64,000 nt of DNA, from NCBI GenBank assembly GCA_012295275.1, contig CM022665.1, positions 1,860,001 to 1,924,000 on the forward strand, written 5' to 3'. A model generated the notes under the pieces. That model worked only from the letters and a program-made list of their open reading frames with translations. It had not been told where the DNA came from and did no database searches. The stretch is from Chrysomallon squamiferum (taxonomy: Eukaryota > Animalia > Mollusca). Of the stretch, positions 1-13,700 are shown piece after piece. The position numbers and the translations under genes are program-made. The stretch's first letter is position 1. Each line of letters opens with the position of its first letter.

Positions 1-1526
1 ATTATTTCCAAAATCTCAAAAAAACAACAACAAAAGAACAAAATAAACAAAGAATTTAACATTTTTAGATAAAATATAATATCTTTCTACAATTTAAAAA
101 TTCTTTACAAAACATAAAGATTAACATTAAAAATAATTACATAAATGACATGTAATGTTAAGATCTTAATACGAATAATATATAATGACATTAATAATAT
201 CTTTAAAAATAATAAAAATGAAAAATATGACTACAGTAAAACATATTTTTATTGAAAACTTGATAATGTGCAAGATTAACATATTTTTTTACTAACAAGA
301 CAGTGTATATTAGGAACAAAACGTGGAACTGAAATTAATGTTATTGCATTATTTGAGGTTTAAAAAGGTATAATTTTTAACAGTATGTACACAGAGATAC
401 CAGTTATTTTGTTGTGTGTTTTCCTGACATGTTACATTCTGAGACTGGTGCCAGACGGTGGACTGACAAGCAACAAGCCATATTCTTCCAAACAGTGTGA
501 AAAGTCTTTTTGCCTGATAACCATTTTATATACAGTATGCTTAGCATTAAAATAATATTCAGTCACTGACTTACAATAATGTTTAATAAAATATTGGAAC
601 TGAAAGGGAATGTTTGGTGTTTTTGTTTTTCATTTATGTTTACAAAACATAAAAATGTGAGAATAAAAAAATCATTCTTGTTATTTTATAACTAAATAAT
701 TTATCTTGTATACTGATAATTATAATGCTGATAAACACTGTGTGTTTGTGTGTAAAATGTATATCAAAACATTTACAGAAATGTAGAAAAAAAACTTGAT
801 TATCACTGAAAAGTGTATTTATTCACAATAAACACTTTTTTTGTTTTTTTTTCAGAAAAAGGAAGGAAAAAAAGAGAAACATGAACAGGATAAATGTTTT
901 AATGAAGTTCTCAATGCTACTGCATTTATACAAAATCAACCATACCGTAATATATCAAACTCAATGACAATGATGAAAATAATTTTTACAAATTACATTA
1001 AAATTGCCACCTGCCCCATACAACAGTTTAGTAAATTCAATATTACTTTCCAGCAATTCTAGCTGGAGTTTATGATACTATTTATTTATTTTTCAAAACT
1101 GTTTTAGAAACAACAATAGATCTTTACTGTGTTCCATCTGACATTTACTTTTGTGAGCCATGTGATTTGTTAAAAATGCTATTGTTTTCACATCAAAAGT
1201 TTTACATAAAACAAATGATTTAGGCCTTCTACTATTAATTATTTTCCAGCAACCTTTTTGAAAAAAACAAATATATATATATATATATAACTGTATTGAC
1301 AAATTTAAATGATCTGTCTTCAATGTAAGTTTTATTTGACTATATCCAGAGTCAAAGCTTAAACCATTTAGTTAAAGTGGATCTTGATCTATGTCGCTGT
1401 TAATACAAAATAATTCTGGTTACAAACAATTCTGTTAGTAGTTATATAATTCTAAAAAATAATAAAAATTTAAAAACAAATATGTGTGTGTGTGTGTGTG
1501 TATACATACATACATACATACATATA

Positions 1527-1761
1527 TGGTGGAAACTGGCAAAATTGGTCCCTGGTTATCCAGCCATGTTTTTTGGTCCTGAATTTATGTGATACATAAT
1601 GTGTATGAAAACCTTAATAAACTGAATCCTCTATATTTCAGATACTAGACCAGTTTTCATCCCCAAAGGCTTCAGTTATTGGTTAATTACCCATTCAGAC
1701 CTCATTCAAATAGGACATTTTTTAAGGTACCATGGTGATCTGATTTTGCCAGTTTCCACTG
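1527..1761. mobile_element. Tc1/mariner(pogo)-like MITE
   Basis: Perfect 17-bp terminal inverted repeat: GTGGAAACTGGCAAAAT (1529-1545) and ATTTTGCCAGTTTCCAC (1743-1759). The right end extends to ...CCACTG (CAGTGG-type terminus). Sits in a TA/TG microsatellite; ~235 bp; no ORF. Confidence 0.7.
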
Positions 1762-4204
1762 TGTGTGTGTGTGTGTGTGTGTGTGTATACACACACACAC
1801 ACACACATTCACACACATGTATGTATATGAATATATACACACACAAACTAATAATGCTAATAAAAATAAACATCATGGGATATAGTATGCAGCATCTTGG
1901 CAGTTAACACAATGGTTTTACAATTTGCTGTTCTTATATGCATGTAAGAAAATATTTTGTTACCACTAAAAAAAAAATTAAAAAATCATTGTAAAATGTT
2001 GAAAAGCTGTGTGAACTAATGAACTATCAAATGCCCTGTTATAATTTGAAAATTTGAACATGTACAAATGAGTTTTAAGAGCTGTAGTTCAAATATTTAA
2101 CACCTAGTAATGTAAAGTATACTAATAGATTAAACAGATTTAAGCCAGCAATTTATAGTTTATCCTATCAGTATTTTATTGAAGTCTATCAAAAGCAAAA
2201 CCATCAGTTAGTTTTACTTGTGTTTTAACAGCAGTTGTTTCCATTTTTTTTAAATGAGCAATGATCTACAGAGGTCACTAAGCAAATTATAACTTCAAAA
2301 GTTAGTGTGGCACAATCATTTCTTACATTTTAGAATTCTATTCCATTATACAACAAACTGAACTCATTCACCAATTACTAAACCATTTTCAGTTTAATTT
2401 TAATTAGGGTCTAAAATTCTAAAAGGATCTGAGTTTCAAGTTTTCCAAGAAATCCTGTTTCAACAGATGTCTAAATTTTAATCATCTTTTAAAATTATTA
2501 TTCTAAGACAGAATGACATTCACAATCTGTCAAAGCAAATAACCGGAAGTAATAAATGTCTGACTCTGCCCTGTCAAAATACACTATTTTATATTAGCTG
2601 TTAAAAAGAAAAGAGAAACATACATATTACACCTTTATTTGTAATAATTTTCTCAGAGGAAACCTGTCAGTTTCATACAAATAAGACATTTTGAGAATGA
2701 ACATTCCAAACAATTTACTTAACATTAATTGCATATTTTAAAGACATAGCTAATTTTAGCATGACTTCAGAATAATGTGTGTTTGATCAATAAAGTAATA
2801 TATTTAATCTTTACTAGTGAGCACTGCTAATGCCATAACAAACTCAATTCCAAAAAAATAATCTGGTATCTGAAATCAGTTTCATATATTACCCATATCA
2901 ATCCAAACATACATACATACAAGAACAATATACATAAATATATATCAGCAAATATTCATTTTGTTTTTTTCAAACAATTTACATAAACATTTTACATATA
3001 AACAGATGTTAATAATAAAAACACATGTAGAGCAGGTGTGGTATCAAACATGAATACACTGATTTTCATTATATAACAGCACTATGATTACAGAATGTAT
3101 TCAACAAAGCACTCCATTCTATTGTCAGTAAAACCTGATACGACAATTCCAATTCAAAATACTGTGCATCACAAAAGTATGCTACTTTGATAATGACCCT
3201 TTAAAAAAGAGATTATCAGTTTAAGGTTTATCCTTGTTTTACAAATAACTGAGAAATGGAAAAACAAAAGTAATATTTCGAAATGTACTAATGAATCTTC
3301 ATCCAGAACGAAAATGATATAAAACACTCAGGATTACACTTGTTTCAGTTTTTTAATTTTGTTTTAGTTTAAATCTGACTTTTCTTTCACATCAAAACAG
3401 TTGTGTTTAAAGGAACATGTATTACTTGTGAGAACACAATTTGACAAATCTGAAAAGCACAACACCCACTAACCAAAATGAAAATTCAGAAAAAAAATTT
3501 AAAATTTAAAATTGATCTATCTTTTTCTATTATCTACAAATAGGTACCAAATCATGAGTACAGCTGTTGAAAACAAATACTTAATGTACAATACAAACTG
3601 TGCTCAGTAATAAATTATTTTTGTTTGAAAGCTTGTTAAATGCAAAATCAATTTTTATCACTTTTGTGACCTGACCTATGACAAAAATCTGAATGTTTTC
3701 ATAATGAGACTTGAATTCTGCTTTATTAAAGCATATACCAATCAAATATATGTAAAATAAAATAAATAAATCTTGAATAAAAAACAAAATAATAACATAA
3801 TTAAGTTATGGTGTATTCTGTAAATTGCTGCATTCAGTAAGAAAATAAAGAGTATAAACTAAAGTACTGAGAGTGACTAACATAAATCAGTATTAACAGC
3901 AGCACAGTGAGAGAAATGTTTTTAGTTATTTTTAAACTGGGTCAATTTGATAAAAGTTAAATACAAAATATCTGGAAGATAAGAAATAATAAGACCAAAA
4001 AAAAAAAAAAAATTAAAAATTAAAAACATTTAAAAAACAAACAAAAAAAAAGTAAGAAAAATAAACAAACATTTTGTGCAGACAATTTTATGGAGACAAT
4101 AATAAAAATGCATGGCATCTTCTATTATTCTTTTAAATTAATTTTATTTGATCAAGTATTTACTGCAGTGAAAAATATACCGTCTACAGCCACTGAATTC
4201 ACAT

Positions 4205-7200
4205 TTAGTTAATACTTAAAGTCCAGTCTTCAGCAACATTAACATCAGGTTTCCTAATTGTAAAAACTTTGTTTTCACTGTTAAAAGAATGTCCAAGTTC
4301 TACTGATGAACCATCTGCAAAAAGAAAACAAATGAGCATTTTAATTCTTTACTTTTAAAAAAAATAAAAAATAAAATATTACTGATAATACATTTCTATA
4401 TACTTTAGATAAAATTAAATAATAAAACCAATGCTGAAAGAAAATGAAATTTGTATTTTCAATTTTTTAGTGTAACAAAATTAATTAAATGAAAATGAAC
4501 AGTACATAATTAATCAATTATAAATAATGTACATGATTTAATTCAAAGATCCCTTCAGATTTTATTTTAATCTATTTATTTATTTATTTTTATCATCCCT
4601 CTAGGACCCACATGTAACATTAATGTAATCTGACCTGTGGCCTACAATTGGCAAAAATAAACAAAGTAACCCAAAAAAAGGAAAACTGGTCAGACAAAAA
4701 GAAAAAAGAGTTTGCAAATGGAAAATATTTAAAATGAAAACAGGAACATTAAAAATGGATAGAGAATGTAACACACTTACCTCCTTTTTTAAGTAAAACT
4801 CTACCTGGAGCATTTGTGAAACCAACTATAACAATTTTTTCTATCCATTCTTTTGTTTTATAATTATTATTCTTTGCTAGGTTTCTGTAAAATAAAAACA
4901 CATTTTTATATTTTCTCTTGCTTTTGTTATTAAAGTAATAAAACTTTCAAAGTTATGTTTCAAAATTATTTTTATTACATAAATTTCTGAAGTTCTAAAG
5001 ATAATGTTTATACTTACTTGCTTTCTAAATGATTATTTTCAAAATGTAACTGTCTGTGAATGTATTCTCCATTTTTATAATTGAAAGTTCTATAGTCATC
5101 AACATACAAACTTCCTGAAGCTCTACCCTGAAATTGAAATTGACATAAACTTGATTAGAAAACATGTACATTTTTATAATTACTATTATGGAAATGAAAG
5201 CAATTAAATGTTTATAAATAAAAGAGTAAAGTTTTTTGTTGTTTTTTTAAAACACATTCATGATCAATAAAACAAATCATTCCACAGAAAACTAATTTGA
5301 AATGACATCCAATGACAAATTCATCAGCAGAAAAATGTTTAGATTTGACAATATTTACTTGTTTATCAAGACAGATAATCAGAGTAAATGGATCTTGATA
5401 TGACAGTGTTGCAGATCTTCTTATCCATTTTTTCTAGGTATTATAAATCCACCACGCTGATAAACAGGAATCTGAAATGTCAAGAATAAATTCTTTAATG
5501 TATAGCAGCTCAGTTACTTTTACTTTGTTTCCAGCAAGTGTACGTTTTCTGTTTTTTATTAATATTTTTTTAATCTAACATTTAATTTCATTATACTCAT
5601 TGTTTTTGGTGTGAAAAGCTTTTACTCAAAGAAACATCAAAATGTCAATTGCAAAAAGATTATTAAAAAAGCTAACAATAATTTTAGAACTTTAATTTTT
5701 ATGTAACTGGGTATATTTAATATTACTACAGATAAAGAATTGAAAGGGGAAAAAAATAAAGGAAATTACTAATCATTTAAAAAGTGTGGTACCAGCCCAA
5801 GTGATATTATGTCATTTAGAATTTGTTAACATTACAAACCTTATTAAGAGGTGCCGCTACATTTCTCTCCTCACCTCCAGTAAATCTGTCATAGGTCTGA
5901 ACGTCATACCAAATCTGAAGCACAAAACAGAATCTAACAAAATCTGTCTAACAGAATCAGCAGACAAAATATAGATTTTGTCAGCTATTACATGACTATA
6001 TGTAGTTTTGATCTAAAAATGTTTGATATGTAAGTATTTTAATTGTATTAATTCAACATGGACAATATCTATATTCTGACTAATGTAATTCAAAATATAA
6101 TTATAAAAACTAACCCAATGCAATCATGACAATTAAGAAAGTATTTTAAGAAAACACAACAAACCGTATCAGAGCCAGGGAAATAAACATTTGCTGTTGT
6201 AGCTCCTTGCTCAGTGACAGGCCGAACCAGAAGTGCTGGTCCTAAAATAATATCAAATTTTAATACTTAATGTTCCTCTGAAACCTATCATAGTCATATA
6301 TACATATTTTAATTATCTTTTCAATCACTTTCTAATTTATTTTATTTTTGATCATTATTAATTGTAAAAAAAAATAATGCAATTTTTAGTTACAGATTAA
6401 AAATAATACTTGCTTAAGGATAAAACTAAAATTGTACTTATAAACATTTGACATTTGTTTTGTTTTTTTGTGTTTGATGCACTCACCTAAAAGAAAATTA
6501 TCATCTATTCCAAAAGTAGCAACTTCTTCTGGAAACTCCACCCAAAGTGGCTGCATAATAGGCCTGCCATCTTTTTCAGCTAAATAGAATTCAGTATACA
6601 AATATGGCAACAATGAATATCGAAAACGGATGGCATCCCGAACAATTTTCATATTTTCTTCTGGGAGAAGATATGGTTCTCTTCTCTTTGTGTCCAAATG
6701 AGCATGAGCTCGGAAAAATGGATAAAATGACCCTGCCTAAAAAAAAAAAAAAAAAATAAATAAATAAATAAATAAATACAAAATTATTTGTAAGACTCAT
6801 TATCATTATTTAAAAATAAAAAAATAGTATAAACTTAAACAGCTACTTATCAACAACTAGAAGATGAAATGAATGAATGACCAACAAATTTAATTTTTTA
6901 GATAATAAATTGCAGGAATTTGAATTCAAATCTTATATGTAATGAGGAACAAAAAGTGTGAACAATGATTGAAAAATAACATAAATGATGATACAAACCT
7001 GATACCATCTTGTTTGAAGCTCAGCTTCTGGATTTCTGAAGAAACCCCCAACATCAGCACCAGAAAATGTTATTCCAGCAATATTTAAAGACAGGATCAT
7101 AGGTGTTGCTATTTTTAAATGTGACCACTCTCCCATATTATCACCAGTCCAAACAGCACCTGGATAAATAATCACAATCAAAAGTATTTTTAAAAAAAAG

Positions 7201-10200
7201 AACACAAAATATTAAAAAATATATATATTTGTTTTTAAATGCTATTTTTTAGAAAATTATCAAAGTACCATGAATTTAAATAAACAAATTAATAAATTAT
7301 TCAGCAATTAATTATGGTGTATTTATCTGAAAAACTATCTTATATTTCAGGGACAATATAACCGAAAATAAATACAACAAAATGATTCACGGTCTTGTGT
7401 TTTATAATTATAATTTGAGCTTTAAGAAAAATTATTTGGATATTTAACTTCAACTAATTAATTTATAAATACCATATTTCTGTGAGCCAGCAAAAAATGC
7501 TCGGCTCAAGACAAAAGGCCTGTCTTTTCCCCCAGATCTCTGAATTAACCCATCTGCTGTTGCCTTTTGCTGAAAAGTTTATAAAATACCAAATTTAAAA
7601 TGGCACAAACAAATAATCAACACTATTTTCATCTTAGTTTAGCTAGTTTAATGAAAATCAATTTATTCAATATTTAAATATAGTGAATATACAAAATTAA
7701 GTTTGGAATAAAAACAACAAAGACCTGTATTTTTTCATATTCCTATACAAGAAAAAAATATGTTAAATGGAAATTACATATGTTTAACTGTAATTTATCC
7801 CATCTAACGTGACTTAATCAGAATCTAGTATTTTTCTACTAATCATGTAAGAAATTTAAGTATTATTAATAACCATAAAAAGAAAAAACTAATCTGTGAT
7901 CAGCATTCTTTATTATTATATTTATTTTACTCAAAACTGCACATTAAATTTAAAATAAAAATGAAGGTTCACAAGAAAGACATTGTTAATAATTCCTAGT
8001 TATATTTTAAAAATCGAAAACACCCAACAAAATGAATGGGTGAAGGTATCTAAAGTACTTCCATTTGCACTTGAAATGCACCCATAGTATCATCACTAAT
8101 AACAATGTTAAAGCAGCATCAACTGGAATGAAATCACCAAGGACTATTGACCAAGGGGCCCAGTTTTCTAGGCCAATAAATTAAAATTGGTGCTTTGTTT
8201 ATGCCTATAGCAGGTACAAAAAACTAAATAAATTTAAAACAGAAAATAATTTTTAAACATTTACATTTGCAAAATTTGGAAAGCATTTCCAATTCATTTG
8301 ATAAATAGTATCTCATTTTTTTAAAATCTACAACTTATCACTAACCAATCCAACGATATTTGCTTTTCTTGACATTGGTACTCAAGGATTAATTATAATT
8401 TATTTATATTAACTGCATATTTGCAAGATCTCTAATACACGTTCCTTGTCAATTATGTTAATATATTGTATTCAATCTATCTAAATAGTAAATGAATAAA
8501 AAGAACACACACAAAAAAAATAGTAAAAAATAATAGAGAACAAAACTCCCAAGTTTTAACTTTCATTTGAATCACTGACATTCATTTACATTCTTGCTAT
8601 TAATGAAGTTGTGGTCTTCATGCAGGAAGTTATCAACAACATGCTGTCATTCATAAAACTTATTTTGTACATTAAAAAAAATTAGTAGTAATATAAAAAA
8701 AAATTATCATAAAAGTTAAATCTTTGTAAAAATTGGTAAATGTAAGTGACAAAATATCTACTTTTGTTTTAATGATACATTTAGTTTTTAAATAAAAATA
8801 CTTTCAACAATGCAATTTATAGAATAAATGTGCATAAAACCATCTGAAAGGTTAATATTACATTCTGATCATTTCAGAGCAAAAGATATGCAACAAATTG
8901 CTGAGGAAAAGCACAGGAAGCTGAATGCAAGAAGCACTGGGAAACAAGTCAAAAGAATGTTATTTTAGTGGATTTCTCATTATAAAAAAGTAAGTCTTTG
9001 TCTACAGGCTAAAATACATACCAGCAGGTCTAATCACAAAAACAAACAAATGCTTAACTGAGAAGATCTGGTAATTCAATTTTCATGAGTGTGAAATCCA
9101 AACTGATACATCTTTGTAGCCTTTCAGTAATTATTTGAGTCTGGTGTCAGCAATATCTCATTATTGTATCAAAATGCCAGTTAGTGTAATTTTAGTCACT
9201 CATTTCAAAATATGCTCATTTATGCAAGTAAAATGTTTTTGAAAAATCAGATCAAAGACTGACAATTCCAGTAAAACAACTGCTTTTCAGAAAACTGAAA
9301 AAATAAAATGTGTGCTTTGTGATTTTATGAGATACCTTCACAAATTTAGAAGAGAAAAAAAAACAAATGTGCCAGTAAATTAGATGCTTTGCCAAGGCTA
9401 GTTAGGCTTTAAGCTGCATTATAATGTCCATACCACATATAAACCATACAGATTATGAACATCACGATTTTCCAGGCCATTGTAATGGAGAACATCTTTA
9501 GGAAAAGTAACTTCAGGTCCCTGAAATACTGAGGGTTCGTTCATATCATTCCAAACCCATAGGTCAGGGGTTGAACCTGGATGAACGTCTAGTTCAAACA
9601 TATTAGCCCACCATTTGCGTACCTCAGGATTTAGGAAATCTGGCCAACACGATGTGCCTATAACAATAAAAAAAAGAAGAAAAGCCACTGACTTTGTACC
9701 TACCACATACATTCCATATACATTATGAACATCTCTATTTTCAAAGCCCCGATAATGAATGACATCTTTGTGAAATGTCACCTCGGGACCATTGAAAACT
9801 GATGGTTCATTCATGTCATTCCAGACAAAAAGATCAGGGGTTGCCCCTTGATGCACATCATATACAAATTTGCCTGCCCACCACTGCTGAACTTCTGGAT
9901 TGGTGAAATCTGGCCAAGCTGAGGTACCTAGAATAGTAACAATAATTTATTTTGAACTGAAACATTTTTATCTATGATGGCAAAACGAACTGGTGCACAT
10001 TCTTCCTTATCATTAAAAAAATAATAATAATAATTTCATTACAACCACTACATTAGAAATTATATTTTATTCTGATTTATAAATGCAAGAATTTATCAAC
10101 TGAAACATATTTTCTGCCAAGGAAAAGTGCTGAAACAGTTTGTGAGTATTATAATAAAATTTCTAACCTGGCCAACACCATCCTTCATAATCACTTCCAT

Positions 10201-10699
10201 CTCTATTTTTCACAAAAAATCCTTTAGATCTTGCATCTGTGTAAACTTCATAGGCATCATCTTTTTTCAAATGTGGGTCAACAATTATAACAAGTTTGCG
10301 ACCTTTTGAAGAAAGTTTTCCTATCATCTCTTTGGGATTAGGAAACTTGTCATTTGCCCAGGTGAAATATCTGACAAAGAAATGTTTTAAATTATTTAAA
10401 AACAAATTAGAAAAGGTCCCATTGTTGGAGGGGCATTGTTTTAATATGATCCAATTATATATCCAGTATGATAATATGATTCTTGAATTCTAATGTGTTC
10501 AAAATCAAGCAATTTCACTTGATTAATTTAAAACATATCTTTTCCTTTGTGAAATAAATTTTGTTACCACATAAACAGGAAAAAGTTAGTTTTACCTTTT
10601 GCCATCAGTGTGTTCAATGTCTAGCCACAAAACATCAAAAGGGATATCCACTTTATCCATATTTTCCTCAACTCTGAAATTGGTTTAAAAAATAAATAA

Positions 10700-10730
<31 letters not shown>

Positions 10731-13700
10731 GTCTGTGTTTGAGATATTGCAAATTATCAAAGTTTAAATCTGTGAAATCATTATTTTATAGCTCAAGTTA
10801 TTCCTTTATAAATTAATATCCATGTTCATAAAGTTTCTTGGAGCATTATTGTACTTTATTTTTTTCATTTGTATTAAGATATTGGATACATACGAGGCAA
10901 CATCAGTTTCATCATTGTAATTCCACCTGCACTGATGGTAAGCAATGGAGAACAACTGAAAAATAAAACAGGCACTGTAAGAGCATAATTTAAAACAAAT
11001 GTTATTTGTAAAAAATAATAAATAATTAATTTAAAAAATAAAAGTAATCACAATAAAGCTCAAAGTGAAATAAAAATTAATTATGTGCACATTTTTATAA
11101 AATAAATCTCTGAAACTAAATTTCTTTTTTCTCTTGTTAGTTCTCTAAAAAAGACATTATTTTTGTTCTTTTTATATTTACACTTAATCAAATAACAGTA
11201 AATAAAATGTTAAGTTAATTACAAACTGTTATGTGACTTAGCTTTCTATTATTCATTCTGATTCATTATTTCTACCTCAACAAACCTATAAATAAATTTA
11301 AAAACCAGTTGTTTTTTCTGAGTTTGTTAAATTAACTATTTGAGCAGACCTAATGGTACTTACAGGTGGAAGGGCAGTGGTGCCAGTGAGACGAGCATAC
11401 TGCCGGAACACATCTTTTGGTCGAGGTCCCATCATAACAAACAAATCAATTACTCCACTCTCTGAAAACCAGTGTGTATCAGTCTGTGGGATTTCATTAT
11501 TTCCTTGAACAAAATCAGCCATCTTGGAAAAAATAGTCTGAAATTAAAAAAAATACATTTTGTGTTTGGACAAAAAAATATCTGTACTTTTGAACTTCTG
11601 TTACTAACTACAACAAATGTCAAGTGAAACAGAAAAAATAAAATCATACACAATTTGTGTAAAATGTAACTGAAAAAGAATGAGTTTAGGTTTTAAATAT
11701 TTTTTGGTCTAAACCTGTCTGCAGTAGAAACAGATCATCCGACTGTATACTCATGCTGTCACTTTAGTGTTGCCATGTGGTGTGGTAATAAATGTCAATC
11801 AAACACAGAGTAACAATATTTGTAACTGTTACTTCATGTAAAAACTAAACTTTGACACTAACCTTGTCTGCCACATTAGAACTAATGTCAACCCACGTCT
11901 CAGCAGCATTATGCCAGAAAACACCAACAGTCTGCTTCTCACTATACATTTAGAGAAAATATATTATTCTAAATGTATTATTAATATAAATCCTTTGCAC
12001 TTATTGTTTGTTCAGTTTTAATTTTTATTATTTAGGTTGGAATTATTATGAACCATTTAAAAATCATTGACATACTGTAGATGAGTGGGTGGGTCTTCAG
12101 TGGTATCAACAAAATAATGAAAATATTCTTCAATTTCATTTTTGGTTATAAAGCATTTAAGACCACTAAATATTAACATTTAAAATCCAGTGTTTATTAA
12201 CACTTAAAATCTCAGTAGTATTTGTATTCCCAATATATAATGCTTTGCAGTCACATTAATATGTTAAATCCTGTTTCCTAAAATGTGTGAATATGGAAAA
12301 TCAATTAGGAAAAAGAAAAAACATCTGAAATGAAAGAACTTAAAAAATATAAGAAATACTAACTTGTGAGCAATCATCATTGGCACAGACCCATACAGAG
12401 CCATAGGATTGTAGAGTTCATATTCAAAAACATCAAGGTTAAACAATCTGTATGGATCACCATTTCTGGAAAAAAAACATTTTGTTTCAAGTAACAACAA
12501 ATTAATAAATAGAAAATTAAACATGTCCCAAATTTTTATCATCTTAAAAAGACAACTGTTATCAAATGATCCAAATTAGTTAATGCAGCTGACTGCAGGA
12601 AAGGTTAATACATCTAAAATATTTTAGAATAATGTTCTAAGGAATAAAGAAAACATATGTAGAAATTAAATGGTTTGTCCTTTCTTATGATTAATATGGT
12701 TAAAAAAAACAAAAATAACAAATTATTTATATTATAAAGCAATAAAATGATTCATCGTGCAACTGTAAACATTACTATGACCATGTCATTTTGCAACATT
12801 TAAAGCAAATATCTCTGCAGTATTACAGCCAAGTTTATTCTTTAGAATGAATTCTTACTTTGTAGTTTTCAAAGCTAGTGAATCAGCATGTAATGGAATG
12901 CCATAAACAAACTGGAAACCTGGAAAGTTTATGTCCATTCCAACAGATGTAGGGCCTATAAAAAAAGTTGCAATTTAATAGAAAAATGTATAGAGAATTA
13001 TTTGATATGATATGAAAATGATGTGAGAGAAAAAAAAGATATAAAAAAACAACCTTTACTTTCAATATATATTTTTTACTGCTAAAAAACCCACATAATA
13101 ATAATAGTGTGAACAAAATAATGAAAGCTTATGTAATAATAAGTTTTATTATTATTATTATTTATTTTATTTATTTTTATCTATTTCAGGTAATGTTTTT
13201 CTTCCGAAGGTAATTTTCAAAAATAAAAAAGCTGAAATGCTGACCATTAGGTTTGGAATCTGTAAATGATTTGTAGGTTTCTTCCCACAAGTCTGGTTCT
13301 TCTTTGGGTTTTTCATCTTTATTTTCTTCTTTGTTTTCTTCTTTAACTTCTTGTTTATCTTCTTCCTAGAACAGCAAAAATACATCAGACGCTGTCTTGA
13401 AAGTATAATATTAAATAATTTCAAACAATTTTTAAAAATTATGAATTTCATTTTATGAAACAAAATCTGTAATTGGTATTTTAAAACAATACTGCGAATG
13501 AATCTTTATTTTTGGTCTTAAGCGATAATTAACTGTTAGGCCAGTGGTTAGCACTCAGCACTCTACCTTTTTTTGTATCTTTGTTAACAATTAGAGTAGT
13601 TAAAACTTTAATAATTAATTAAATCATTAATGCAATCAAAATCATTTCAGTTTAATCCATTGATTTTATAATGATTATGAGTTTGCTGGGAATTCCAACT

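Noticed and set aside
7900-8100. Possible intronic C/D snoRNA or third exon copy in the long GANAB intron
   Set aside because: A C-box-like GTGATGA exists on the minus strand, but there is no suitably spaced D box or terminal stem and no similarity to the duplicated exon.
9419-9856. Single 145-aa ORF as an independent gene or an assembly duplication
   Set aside because: It is two diverged GANAB exons plus a 46-nt spacer. The divergence is far too high for a mis-assembled duplicate.
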